Source: Caldisphaera sp. (GTDB lineage: Archaea; Thermoproteota; Thermoprotei_A; Sulfolobales; Acidilobaceae). Taken from it: 64,000 nt of DNA. Where the stretch lies: positions 1 through 64,000 of the forward strand of contig JBMFKU010000007.1 in the NCBI GenBank assembly GCA_049971805.1. The letters run 5' to 3'. Position 1 is the stretch's first letter, and each line of letters begins with the position of its first letter. A model generated the notes under the pieces. It was not told the DNA's origin. It made no database searches and saw nothing but the letters and a program-made list of their open reading frames with translations. This document shows, piece by piece, positions 11,714 through 21,876 of this stretch. The position numbers and the translations under genes are program-made.

Positions 11714-12115
11714 TTAAATAAATATTGTTTGTCCACCTTCAGCATTTTGTAAAAATGTTGCAACACCTACAACATCGTCTACTAAATCATTAAAGTCTTC
11801 TTTTTTCAATCCCATTACAGAAGCCATTAAGCTACAGGCATAAACCTTTGCTCCCATAGATTTTGCCTCCTTAAGCATATCAACCCATGTTGGTGCATTA
11901 GCCTTTTTCATACCTTCCATTAACACAGGTGCCATCTGTTCAAATTCTTTAGGGAAAACAACGTTAGAACCTTTCTTAGTAAATTTCATTAAGGCCCAAC
12001 CTGTTACAAATACCTGTACATCCATACCTAAAGCTGCTGCTCCTTGAGCAAGAACTCCTACAGGAATTAATTTATCATCGGTTCCCGAAAACAAAATTAT
12101 GGAAAACTTAGACAT
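11714..12115 (-). CDS. DsrE/DsrF-like (DsrE2/DsrE3-type) sulfurtransferase
   Basis: VFVTGWAL...KVYACSLMASVMGLKKEDF...VVGVATFL; adjacent to tusA. Confidence 0.88.
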   Translation of the reverse strand: MSKFSIILFSGTDDKLIPVGVLAQGAAALGMDVQVFVTGWALMKFTKKGSNVVFPKEFEQMAPVLMEGMKKANAPTWVDMLKEAKSMGAKVYACSLMASVMGLKKEDFNDLVDDVVGVATFLQNAEGGQTIFI

Positions 12116-12168
12116 CTTCTCACCCTGTTTAATCTAGAAAAAGAGAATCTTATAGTTTTATTGTTATC

Positions 12169-12188
12169 TTATCTATATATATAGATAA
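12169..12188. promoter_or_regulatory. Perfect 20-bp palindrome in the divergent promoter region of the dsrE operon
   Basis: TTATCTATATATATAGATAA. Confidence 0.4.
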
Positions 12189-12298
12189 ATAAAAATTAAA
12201 AACCCTTACAATAAAGAGTATTATAAATAAAATTAATATTTTAAATTTTTATTAATATGGAAATAGATTTAAATTTAGAACTGCAATTATAAAAATAG

Positions 12299-12745
12299 GT
12301 GTACAGATGGGATATGAAACAATTTCCGTTAGTTTATGTTGATCAAGTTATGGGTCTCGTAAAATTTATTGATTCCATGGGTGGTAGGGTAGATTCATCA
12401 AGACTAAGCGAAATGATAGATGTAGACCTAGATTTATTACCTCATGTGGTCGATGCTGCCATAACCCTTGGGCTATTAAAGGTAGAAAACGGGGATTTGA
12501 TTTTAACAGAATCTGGCAAAAAAATTATATACACGGACACAAAAAACTTCAGAATATTGATGAAAAAAATTAATAAAAATGTTGAACCGTTTAAAGATAT
12601 TTTATCAAAACAGAAAAATAATTCAATAGAGTTAGAAGATTTAAAAAGAATATTAGAGAATAATGGATATTTAAATATAGATGATGCATTAACAGTTATA
12701 AGTCAATGGCTAGCTTTAATAGGGATTACAATAATCGAGAAATAA
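12299..12745 (+). CDS. Stand-alone AAA-associated (NitT/TauT ATPase C-terminal-like) winged-helix domain protein
   Basis: GLVKFIDSMGGRVD...DLDLLPHVVDAAITLGLLKVENGDLILTESGKK pattern; true start probably the ATG of MKQFPL. Confidence 0.65.
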   Translation: MYRWDMKQFPLVYVDQVMGLVKFIDSMGGRVDSSRLSEMIDVDLDLLPHVVDAAITLGLLKVENGDLILTESGKKIIYTDTKNFRILMKKINKNVEPFKDILSKQKNNSIELEDLKRILENNGYLNIDDALTVISQWLALIGITIIEK

Positions 12746-12773
12746 ATTAACAAAATAATTAAAGCTTCCTTTA

Positions 12774-13706
12774 ATGCAAACATATTGTAGTGAAATAGGT
12801 TTGGGATTGCCATTAAGAGAAAAATATTATAGCTTAGATGATAATGACTTTAAATTATTAAGATTTATCGAAAGCAAACAAAAGAATTACGGTTTTGTTC
12901 CATTAGATATAATAGAAAACAAATCTAAGATTAATCCTTCTTATTTAAGAAATTCAATTAAAAAATTACTTGATCTAGATTTGATATTAAGCGAGAGCTA
13001 TCCTTTTTATGGTTATCAGCTAATGTATCATGGACTTGATATCTTATCTTTAAGATATTATTTTAAAAGAAATATAATAACAGATGTGGGTGACAGAATT
13101 AATACAGGCAAAGAAAGTGATATTTATTTAGCAATAACTTCTGCTAACAATAAAGCCGTAATAAAATTTCATAGAGAGGGAAGGATTTCATTTAAATCTG
13201 TTGTAAGGAAAAGGGAATATGAAATAAAGCAGAAAAAATTATGGTTACTAATTGCAGAAAAAATCGCCAAAAGAGAATATGATATATTAAATGGGATATG
13301 GAAAAACGATGGATTAGTGCCTGAGCCTATAGCACATAATAGACATTCATTGATAATGAATAAAATAGAAGGAGTAGAATTATATAAAGTAAAACAAATT
13401 GATAATAAAACTTTATTAAATATCTTTAATGATATAATAAATACTCTCAAAGTAGCATACAATAAAGTAAAAATTGTTCATGGAGATTTAAACCAATATA
13501 ATGTTTTAATTAGCTCAGAAGAAAACCCAAGAGGTTATATAATAGACTGGCCACAATCTATTGGTGTTGATAGTGAAAATGCTGAATATAAATTAAAAAA
13601 AGATGTTGAATATTTAGCCTCTTATTTATATAAGAAATTTGGAACTGAGATTGACATAGATAAAACATTAGTCTATATAAAGGGGGGAATTGATGGATTT
13701 AGATGA
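12774..13706 (+). CDS. rio2: RIO2-type Ser/Thr kinase
   Basis: N-terminal wHTH, GKESDIY, IKFHREGRISF, VHGDLNQYNV, IIDWPQ. Confidence 0.93.
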   Translation: MQTYCSEIGLGLPLREKYYSLDDNDFKLLRFIESKQKNYGFVPLDIIENKSKINPSYLRNSIKKLLDLDLILSESYPFYGYQLMYHGLDILSLRYYFKRNIITDVGDRINTGKESDIYLAITSANNKAVIKFHREGRISFKSVVRKREYEIKQKKLWLLIAEKIAKREYDILNGIWKNDGLVPEPIAHNRHSLIMNKIEGVELYKVKQIDNKTLLNIFNDIINTLKVAYNKVKIVHGDLNQYNVLISSEENPRGYIIDWPQSIGVDSENAEYKLKKDVEYLASYLYKKFGTEIDIDKTLVYIKGGIDGFR

Positions 13707-15687
13707 TAGCGAATTCTTTATGGGTATAGATATAGAAAGTGGCAGTCCATTATCAGCAAACGGTCAAAAATTCGCAGTTATATTAATAAATAAAGAAAAT
13801 AAAATTATCAATAAATTAAACGGAGTCTCATTACCTTCATTAATTAGGTTAACCTGGGAATGGAGACCTAAGTATATAGCAATAGATAATGTCTTTGAAT
13901 TGGCCCCCGATGAAAAATCTTTATCTAAGATACTTTCATTAATACCTCCACAATCAAAGGTTGTCCAAGTAACTATCGACAACGGAAAATTCATAGATAT
14001 AAAAGAAATGGCAAAAGAACTTAGCTTAGATATAGAACAATCAAAGCTAACCCCAAACAAAACTGCATACTTAGCTGCTATATTAGCAGCCAAAGGAAAA
14101 GGAACAAAAATAAGCTTTTCAAATGAAAAGACACAAATAATCGTATCAAAAGGAAGATGGTCTAAAAGTGGAGGCATGAGCCAAGGAAGATATAAAAGAA
14201 GGGTTAGAGCCTCAGTAAATATTGCTGCAAATAAGGTTAAGGATTCTCTCGAAAAAGCAGGTATAGATTATGACATGTTTATTAGAAAAAGCGAAGGAGG
14301 GATTGACTCAGCAGTATTTGTTGTTTATGTTCCAAGAGAAAAACTCTATGGCATTGTAAAACCGCATAAGGGAATTGATTATACTATAACTATAAAATCA
14401 ATTTATGAAGGTAAAATAATGTTTGATAATTCCTATGAAAGACCTGATAGGCCTATAATAGTTGGTATAGATCCAGGAATAACGGCTGGTATTGCTATAA
14501 TAGACCTTGAAGGCAATGTTCTCTATTTAGATAGCAGAAAAGAAATGGATAGAGGTGATATAATATCATCAATATATTCCTATGGAAAGCCAATATTGAT
14601 AGCAGTTGATGTGGATGAAATTCCGGATATGGTTAAAAAACTAGCAGGCCAAATAAAAGCAGAGATTTACATACCAAGCGAAGATTTACTTGTTGCTGAT
14701 AAGAGTAATTTGGCGTTAAAAGCCAATAATGGAAAAAACCCTGATACCACACATGAAAGAGACGCATTAGCAGCTGCATATAAGGCATACTTGGCATATA
14801 AATCTAAGTTAACCCAAGTAGAATCCTACGTTTCAAAAATTGATATTGATCTTGATGTTGAAAAGGTAAAAGCAGATGTAATAAGAGGTATAAGCATAGC
14901 AGATGCTATCGAAAGACAAATAAATGAAATGTTAAATTTAAATAAAAACTCTATTATTCAGCAAAATGAAAACAATAACGAATGTATAAATGATAGACAG
15001 AACAACGATGAACTAATATATAAAATACAAAAATTAGAAGCCGAGAAGTTAATCTTAGAAAACAAGGTAAACGAGCTTAGAAAATCCTTATCAATGGCTG
15101 AAAATGAAGCCAAACTAGCCAAAATAAACTTAAAATCTGAATTATTAAAAGAGAAAGAAATAATGAAGTTGCAAGATGATGTAAATAGGTTAAGATCTGT
15201 TGTTAATGATATAAATAATAAATTAAACGAAGAAGAACACAAAAATGAGCTATTAAAGGAGTTGCTATCAAAAGTTTTAAACAAGGAGTTAATTCTTATC
15301 AGAAGGATTCAATCTCTTAAAATGAATTCTATTAAAAAGCACGAGTCTATATATGGAAGTATAAAAGAGGGTGATATTTTACTTATTGAGGATCAAGGAT
15401 CATTTGAAAATGAGGCCTTAGAATACATAACAAAGGCAAAGATTTTTGGTGTATTATTAAACAATGATAATACAAGTTTATCAGGCCTTTTTAAGAAGAA
15501 GGGAATACCTGTGTTATTAAAATCTCAATACAACATCATAGATTTAGATGATTTTACATTTGCTAACTATCAAATAATTAATGATATAATAAGTTATAAC
15601 AAATTTATGAAAAAACAAAGTATTGATAATATAGACCTTAATTATATAATAGATGAATATAGAAAAAATAAAAATTTTAATAAATGA
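13690..15687 (+). CDS. DUF460 protein (RNase H-fold domains plus coiled coil)
   Basis: MGIDI..., IAIDNVFEL, GGMSQGRYKR, IVGIDPGITAG, HERDALAAA. Confidence 0.88.
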   Translation: MMDLDDSEFFMGIDIESGSPLSANGQKFAVILINKENKIINKLNGVSLPSLIRLTWEWRPKYIAIDNVFELAPDEKSLSKILSLIPPQSKVVQVTIDNGKFIDIKEMAKELSLDIEQSKLTPNKTAYLAAILAAKGKGTKISFSNEKTQIIVSKGRWSKSGGMSQGRYKRRVRASVNIAANKVKDSLEKAGIDYDMFIRKSEGGIDSAVFVVYVPREKLYGIVKPHKGIDYTITIKSIYEGKIMFDNSYERPDRPIIVGIDPGITAGIAIIDLEGNVLYLDSRKEMDRGDIISSIYSYGKPILIAVDVDEIPDMVKKLAGQIKAEIYIPSEDLLVADKSNLALKANNGKNPDTTHERDALAAAYKAYLAYKSKLTQVESYVSKIDIDLDVEKVKADVIRGISIADAIERQINEMLNLNKNSIIQQNENNNECINDRQNNDELIYKIQKLEAEKLILENKVNELRKSLSMAENEAKLAKINLKSELLKEKEIMKLQDDVNRLRSVVNDINNKLNEEEHKNELLKELLSKVLNKELILIRRIQSLKMNSIKKHESIYGSIKEGDILLIEDQGSFENEALEYITKAKIFGVLLNNDNTSLSGLFKKKGIPVLLKSQYNIIDLDDFTFANYQIINDIISYNKFMKKQSIDNIDLNYIIDEYRKNKNFNK

Positions 15688-15691
15688 TATA

Positions 15692-16912
15692 CTAGTATAG
15701 AGATGCTTCCCCTTTCAATATTCTCATTGTTAATGCAGGCAGATTATCTAGGTAATCACTTACAATACTATTTATTTCTTCTTTTATATTATTATTCATC
15801 TTAATATCGCTTTCCAGTATGACTGCAACATCAGCTATCAAGGGATCATTTATAGGTCTACCGATCTGCCCTAATAACCTAACAGTAACTTCTTTTATAC
15901 CATTAATTTTTTCGTAGATTTGCTCAGCAATTTCTTTTGATGCAATGTTATAAATTTTTCCTATATGCGTAACAGGATTTTTGCCTGCTGTAGCCTCTAA
16001 GCTCATCGGTCTCATTGGTGATATTAAACCATTAACCCTATTTCCTCTTCCTGTCGCACCATCGTCTCCATGTTCTGCACTAGTCCCAGTTACTGTAAGA
16101 TAAAATACTCCCTCATCAGGCAAATCACCGTTGTTTACATATATCTTTACATTATGGTCTGGCGCCAATTTATTGGCTACATCTAAAACTTTTTCTTTAA
16201 CTTCTTCCTTTACCTCTAGATATTCTCTTGGATTATTAACAAATCTTGAAACAATTGCGTTGGCTATAGTTAATTCGATAGTATCCCCGTTTCTTAACCC
16301 CATAACCTTTACATCTTCTCCCGATGCAGGTACCCTAGATTTGAAATCTTTACTATTTAATGTTCTTTCTGTCTCATAAACAAGTTTTTCCAGTGCTGTC
16401 ATGGGAGCAAATCCAGCTCCAAAGCTTGTATCATTAGATCTATGAGACTGCGACCTTGAGTCATATATTCCTCTTAAGTCAGCGCTTCCCTTCCCTATTC
16501 TATAATCAACTATTACATGCTGCTCTGCATCTAGAAATCTAAGGTTATTTGCTATCCAATCCTTAACTGCCTTAATGACAATACGACCAATAGGTATTTC
16601 TTCAACACCTTCAGATGTTCTAACTTCTGTTGTAGCCCTTCCTGAAACTATTATATAAATAGGTTGTAATACATCCCCTCCTCCCCATTTTGGCGTTGCC
16701 TGTCCCCCAACAAGCAATACTTTATCTAGATTATGATGCATTATGATACCAAATCTTTGCATATAATAAAGACTTAGCTGTTTACTAGCCTCTTCCGATA
16801 CAGCATCACTTATATAATCTGGATGGCCAAGGCCTTTCCTTTCAACAAGCTCTACTTGGTTATCTTGAACCGATGATTTTATTAGCTCTCTAACAACTAT
16901 ATTTTTTGCCAT
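15692..16912 (-). CDS. mat: Archaeal S-adenosylmethionine synthetase
   Basis: [47 protein letters not shown]. Confidence 0.97.
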   Translation of the reverse strand: MAKNIVVRELIKSSVQDNQVELVERKGLGHPDYISDAVSEEASKQLSLYYMQRFGIIMHHNLDKVLLVGGQATPKWGGGDVLQPIYIIVSGRATTEVRTSEGVEEIPIGRIVIKAVKDWIANNLRFLDAEQHVIVDYRIGKGSADLRGIYDSRSQSHRSNDTSFGAGFAPMTALEKLVYETERTLNSKDFKSRVPASGEDVKVMGLRNGDTIELTIANAIVSRFVNNPREYLEVKEEVKEKVLDVANKLAPDHNVKIYVNNGDLPDEGVFYLTVTGTSAEHGDDGATGRGNRVNGLISPMRPMSLEATAGKNPVTHIGKIYNIASKEIAEQIYEKINGIKEVTVRLLGQIGRPINDPLIADVAVILESDIKMNNNIKEEINSIVSDYLDNLPALTMRILKGEASLY

Positions 16913-17112
16913 TTTTCACACCTATTACTACACTCTAGCTTTTTCAAAATATACGCAAAATTTTAAATTATTTGCATTATATTTATTTATATAATTTAAT
17001 AAATAATAAAATAAATATATACATAAATGTATTTATAAAGGATAAAAATAAGGAGTTAATTGAAAACATATTAAGAAACATATAAATATTGCCAGATCCA
17101 TAATATAATAGG

Positions 17113-17946
17113 GTGAGAAGTCTGATTTCATATTCCTTAAGTGAAATTAAAAACCAGATTATCTATTATATTATAGATAAAAACAGACCCGTAGGATACC
17201 CAGATGATTCAGCAACTAACATTAGAAAAGTTATTAGAGACACGGGAGCAAGAATTATTCCTATAATAGATAGAGGAAATAAGAAACTTTTGGGAATAAT
17301 AGATAGAGGGGATATACTTCTGATTTCTTCAACAAAAACAAATGCTACAGCGAGTTCAATAATGATTTCACCACGTATAACTTTAAATGAAAATGAAAAT
17401 GTTATAGATTCATTAAATAGCATAATAAAATATGATGAATGGGATGTACCTATAGTAAATAACAATGTATATATTGGTCTTTTAAGTATAGGGGATATAA
17501 TTAAATTATTAATTACAAAAACTGAAAGCATGTTAAAAAAAGAAGTTGCTGAAAACTACATGACAAAAAATCCAATCACCGTAAAAGAAGATGACCACAT
17601 ATCTAAAATTTGGAACAAAATGATAGAACTAAAATATGCAGGCTTTCCAGTCGTTAATGAAAAATTAAGACTATTAGGCATTATAACTCAATTTGATTTA
17701 ATAAAAAAGGGTTACACAAGAATACATCTAGAAAGTGAGTCTGGAACAAGTAAAGGACCTAGAGTCAGAGATGCCATGAGTTATACAGTAAGATATGCCT
17801 ATCCATGGTCTTCTTTACATGAGATCTCTAAAATCATGTTAGATTTTGGTTACGGAAGAATTCCTATTGTAGAAAACGAAAACGATAAAAAAGTAATTGG
17901 CATAATAGATAGGGAAGATGTAGCAAAGATATTAATTAAGAGGTGA
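17113..17946 (+). CDS. Tandem CBS-domain protein (four CBS repeats)
   Basis: Repeated PVV...GIIT/D..D CBS motifs. Confidence 0.88.
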   Translation: MRSLISYSLSEIKNQIIYYIIDKNRPVGYPDDSATNIRKVIRDTGARIIPIIDRGNKKLLGIIDRGDILLISSTKTNATASSIMISPRITLNENENVIDSLNSIIKYDEWDVPIVNNNVYIGLLSIGDIIKLLITKTESMLKKEVAENYMTKNPITVKEDDHISKIWNKMIELKYAGFPVVNEKLRLLGIITQFDLIKKGYTRIHLESESGTSKGPRVRDAMSYTVRYAYPWSSLHEISKIMLDFGYGRIPIVENENDKKVIGIIDREDVAKILIKR

Positions 17947-17952
17947 AATGAA

Positions 17953-18942
17953 TTGAGCCATCCAAGAAAATATGAACCTATTAAGCTATCCCCTAAAATA
18001 AAGGCTATTACTATGCCTTCCTCCAGAGCATCTGTAGGTATAAGGTATATAAGAGCTGATTCTCAACCAAATTGGATTCAAAGAGTTAAAGAAAAAGAAG
18101 GTGATGCTGAATTAATTTCTACAAAGCCCCCAGAAACCATAAATGTAAATTCTCCTATATTGGAAGCCTTGGAAAAAATTGCATCCCGCGATATAAGAGG
18201 ATTAATAGTTACTGATACCAAAGAAACACTTAAAGGAATAATAATGGCAACCGACCTAGTTAATTATTTAGGAGGGGGGGAATATTATAGGATAGTAGAG
18301 CAAAGATATAAAAAAGATGTTTATACTTCTTTAAGAAATGAAAAAATAAGTAGCATTATGAATTCTATGCCGGTATTTGTAAACAAATCACAAAAGCTTA
18401 CAGAGATAATTAGACTTATGGCAGTTAATGGATTAGGTATGCTACCAGTAGTTAATAATGAGAACAAGGTTATAGGGATAATAACAGAGCATGACATAGT
18501 AAGATATATTGCATATAAAAACGTTGGAAGAAAAGTTTCTGATATTATGACTTCAAATATAGTAGCAGCATTTGATAACGATACATTAAAAAGAGCAGCA
18601 CAACTCATGTCATTATATGGTTTTAGAAGGATACCAGTAATTTCTTCAAAAAATAATGAAATTGTTGGAATAGTATCAGCAAAAGATTTTGTATCTTATT
18701 TTGGCTCTCATAAGGCTTTTGAAAACGTTAGATCGTTAGATATAGAAGAAATTCTTAAAATGCCAATAACTGAAATCATAAAAGATAATGTATACACAAT
18801 AAATCAGGACACAGATATAGGAGATGCGGCTACATTAATGAACCAATTTAACACAAACAATCTGATAGTTATAAATGATAATAGAGAAGCCTTGGGTATA
18901 ATAACTGAGAGAGATGTTCTTATAGCATTATCTATGAGGTGA
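17953..18942 (+). CDS. Tandem CBS-domain protein (four CBS repeats)
   Basis: LPVVN...GIITEHDI, FRRIPV, GIITERDV. Confidence 0.9.
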   Translation: MSHPRKYEPIKLSPKIKAITMPSSRASVGIRYIRADSQPNWIQRVKEKEGDAELISTKPPETINVNSPILEALEKIASRDIRGLIVTDTKETLKGIIMATDLVNYLGGGEYYRIVEQRYKKDVYTSLRNEKISSIMNSMPVFVNKSQKLTEIIRLMAVNGLGMLPVVNNENKVIGIITEHDIVRYIAYKNVGRKVSDIMTSNIVAAFDNDTLKRAAQLMSLYGFRRIPVISSKNNEIVGIVSAKDFVSYFGSHKAFENVRSLDIEEILKMPITEIIKDNVYTINQDTDIGDAATLMNQFNTNNLIVINDNREALGIITERDVLIALSMR

Positions 18943-19808
18943 TAAATATGGCCCCAAGAATATCTTCCTATATGAAATCCCTTGTATATGTTGTTTCGCC
19001 TAACGATTCACTAGCATATGCTAGAAATTATATGATGAAAAAAGAAATAAGCAGAGTGGTTGTTATTGATAATAAAGAAATTCCCATAGGCATATTAACC
19101 ATTAGCGATATCGTTGAAGCTCTTTTTGGCAAGAACTATCAAAAGCCGCTTGACTCCATTTTAGTTAATGAAGTAATGACGCATAATCCTATCATAATAG
19201 AAGAATCAAAAAGCATAAAAACTGCAGCCTTATTAATGCTAAGGCACAGAATTGGAGGTCTTCCTGTTGTAGATAATAGTGGAAAGCTTATAGGCATAAT
19301 AACAAAAACAGATATAGCTAAAGCATTTTATGATAAGTTCAGAAAGAAATTCATAGCTTCAGATATAATGAGAAAAGATTTTACTTCAGCAAAGCCCGGT
19401 CACAGCATATTTTATATAGCAAGACTTTTAGAAAGTGATCCGGCTGGAAAAGTTATTATTTTAGATGACAATAAAAAGCCTATTGGTGTCATTGCAAAAA
19501 AAGATTTAGCATATGCACAATTACCTTTATCAGTTTTGATATCTAGAGGAAAAGACAGATATATAAAGACAAAGGTTCCTGATATATATAAAGATAAGAT
19601 AGTTAGTCTGAGGATGTATTTAGTACCTATTGCAGAAGATATAATGTCCAGCAATCCATTGGTTATAAAATCGAACGACGATGCTGCAAGTGCAGCTTAT
19701 CTAATAGTAAGCGAAAATATCGGAGTATTACCAGTAGTTAATGAAAATAATTCCATAGAAGGTATAATAACAAAGATTGAATTTTTAAACGTTATTTCTA
19801 AAACATAA
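18939..19808 (+). CDS. Tandem CBS-domain protein (four CBS repeats)
   Basis: IGGLPVVD...GIITKTDI, IGVLPVV...GIITK. Confidence 0.9.
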   Translation: MINMAPRISSYMKSLVYVVSPNDSLAYARNYMMKKEISRVVVIDNKEIPIGILTISDIVEALFGKNYQKPLDSILVNEVMTHNPIIIEESKSIKTAALLMLRHRIGGLPVVDNSGKLIGIITKTDIAKAFYDKFRKKFIASDIMRKDFTSAKPGHSIFYIARLLESDPAGKVIILDDNKKPIGVIAKKDLAYAQLPLSVLISRGKDRYIKTKVPDIYKDKIVSLRMYLVPIAEDIMSSNPLVIKSNDDAASAAYLIVSENIGVLPVVNENNSIEGIITKIEFLNVISKT

Positions 19809-19814
19809 ACATCT

Positions 19815-20729
19815 TTAAGATAATATACTTTTAACATATTCTTTTGCATCAAATTGTTTAATATCATCATAATTTTGGCCATATCCAAGATATAAAATAG
19901 GTTTGTTTGTTATCGATGCAACAGATAGAGCTACTCCCCCCTTAACATCTGCATCAATCTTAGTTACTATAATTCCATCAATCCCTATAATTTCATTAAA
20001 TGTTCTAGCCTGCTCTACCGCGTCATTTCCAGTTAGAGCATCAACAATCATAATCTTTAAATCCGGCTTTGATATTCTTATTATTTTTTTCAATTCTCTC
20101 ATCAAATCTACATCACTATGCATCCTTCCAGCAGTATCTATTAACACTGCGCATATTTTTCTAGATCTGGCAAAATTTATTGCATCAAATGCTATACTAG
20201 CAGGATCAGCCCCGTATTGACCTTTTATAATTGGTACATCTATTTTTTTTGCATGCACATCTATTTGCTCTTGAGCCCCTGCCCTAAAAGTATCTGATGC
20301 TGCTATTACTGTGGAGATATTGTTTTTCTTTAGCAAATTAGCAATTTTAGCAATAGTTGTTGTTTTCCCCACACCATTAATTCCCAAAAAAACAATAACG
20401 AACGGTTCTCCTTTTTTACACTTATCTTTTATACTCTCTATAAATTTAAGTTCATTAACATTAATAATAGAATATATGGTATCATAAAATGTTCCTTTTA
20501 TAACTTCCTCAACTTCTTTTCCTCTCCTAACCTTAGACCCTACTAGCTTTGATTTAACAATTTCAATTATCTTATCAGCTACATCGTAAGCTACATCATT
20601 TTCAATTAAATCTATTTTCATTTCTTCCATAACATCACTAATATAATCTTCTTTTATTTCTTTATATTCAATTTTTTCTTTTATTGAGCTTGAAGCTTTT
20701 TGAAAGGCCTTCTTGAGGCCTTCGAACAA
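19815..20729 (-). CDS. ftsY: Signal recognition particle receptor FtsY
   Basis: GINGVGKTTT, DTFRAGA, DTAGR, TKID, GQNYDD. Confidence 0.97.
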   Translation of the reverse strand: MFEGLKKAFQKASSSIKEKIEYKEIKEDYISDVMEEMKIDLIENDVAYDVADKIIEIVKSKLVGSKVRRGKEVEEVIKGTFYDTIYSIINVNELKFIESIKDKCKKGEPFVIVFLGINGVGKTTTIAKIANLLKKNNISTVIAASDTFRAGAQEQIDVHAKKIDVPIIKGQYGADPASIAFDAINFARSRKICAVLIDTAGRMHSDVDLMRELKKIIRISKPDLKIMIVDALTGNDAVEQARTFNEIIGIDGIIVTKIDADVKGGVALSVASITNKPILYLGYGQNYDDIKQFDAKEYVKSILS

Positions 20730-20739
20730 ATTTTACACC

Positions 20740-21177
20740 TTATTTTTGTTGTTGCAAGGCAACAGCTATTTGTTGCAGCACAGCCTCGTATTGCTCTTGT
20801 AATTTTTCTAATTGATTTAATCTTTGATTTAAATCATTAATAGCTCGATCTAATTCACTTTCCCTTTCTGTTAAAACCTTCATTGCTTCTGGTGTTTCTA
20901 ATTTGGCAAATATATCAGCACCTAAATAAATTATATAATGATTTCTATCAGAAGGCTTAGCAAAAATCATTGCAGTATATCCAGGATCTAAAGGAAATAT
21001 TGTATCCATATCATCACCATTACTTATTGAATCAATGCTTGATTTTGCTTTTTCCACTCCATCTTTTTGCAATAATAGTTGAGAAATCAAAGTTCTCAAT
21101 TGAGAAATTTGAGATTTAACGGCCTCATACTGAGCCATTAATTCATTTGGATCCACTACTTGTTGCTTATTAGACAC
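20740..21177 (-). CDS. pfdA: Prefoldin alpha subunit
   Basis: Coiled coil - beta hairpins (IIYLGADIFAK) - coiled coil; between rplX and ftsY. Confidence 0.88.
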   Translation of the reverse strand: MSNKQQVVDPNELMAQYEAVKSQISQLRTLISQLLLQKDGVEKAKSSIDSISNGDDMDTIFPLDPGYTAMIFAKPSDRNHYIIYLGADIFAKLETPEAMKVLTERESELDRAINDLNQRLNQLEKLQEQYEAVLQQIAVALQQQK

Positions 21178-21443
21178 TAATATTTCACCACTTTATCTAG
21201 TTCATTCATCCTTATTATTTTACTATCAGAGACTTGGTCTATAGGTAATTCTTCAACAGATTCTATCTTGATGTGATATCTCTTTAATTTATGCTTGCTT
21301 CCTAATTCCGAATATACTCTTTCAATTGCATGTTCTTTTTTAGTTGCTCTTATCATCAGTGAAAATTTTTTCCATTCCGGAAACTTATCATGAGATAACA
21401 TCATTTTACCTTTAACTGCAAATATCTTTATTTCATTTGTCAC
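21177..21443 (-). CDS. rpl18a: 50S ribosomal protein L18Ae/LX (eL20)
   Basis: HAIERVYSELGSKHKLKRYHIKIESVEE. Confidence 0.95.
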   Translation of the reverse strand: MTNEIKIFAVKGKMMLSHDKFPEWKKFSLMIRATKKEHAIERVYSELGSKHKLKRYHIKIESVEELPIDQVSDSKIIRMNELDKVVKY

Positions 21444-21581
21444 TGCCTACACCTTCTATTGCCTGTAGGATAAAGATCATTTAAAACATTTTAAATATTT
21501 TTAGACGTGTTTCTTAACTTTAAAACTAGATCTCATTTTAACTTATAAATGCTTGTAATTGGTAAAGATTTGGTGTGAAAA

Positions 21582-21869
21582 TTGCCAAAGAAAAGAGAAA
21601 GCAGAGGTAGAAGAAAAGGAGATAAAGGAAAATCAAAATTGATTCAATGCGATAATTGCGGAAGACTTGTTCCAGAAGATAAAGCAATATGCGTTACAAG
21701 GGAATATACTCCAGTAGACCCGCAACTAGCCGAAGAGCTTACAAAAAAGGGAGCTATAATACCAAAGTATCCGGTAACAAAATGTTATTGCATAAGTTGT
21801 GCAATTCATTTTGGATTGGTTAAAATAAGAGCTGAAGATTCAAGAAAACCAAGAACTAATTTGCTCTGA
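21582..21869 (+). CDS. rps26e: 30S ribosomal protein S26e
   Basis: MPKKRESRGR...CDNCGRLVPEDKA...CISCAIHFGLVKIR. Confidence 0.97.
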   Translation: MPKKRESRGRRKGDKGKSKLIQCDNCGRLVPEDKAICVTREYTPVDPQLAEELTKKGAIIPKYPVTKCYCISCAIHFGLVKIRAEDSRKPRTNLL

Positions 21870-21876
21870 TTAGTTC

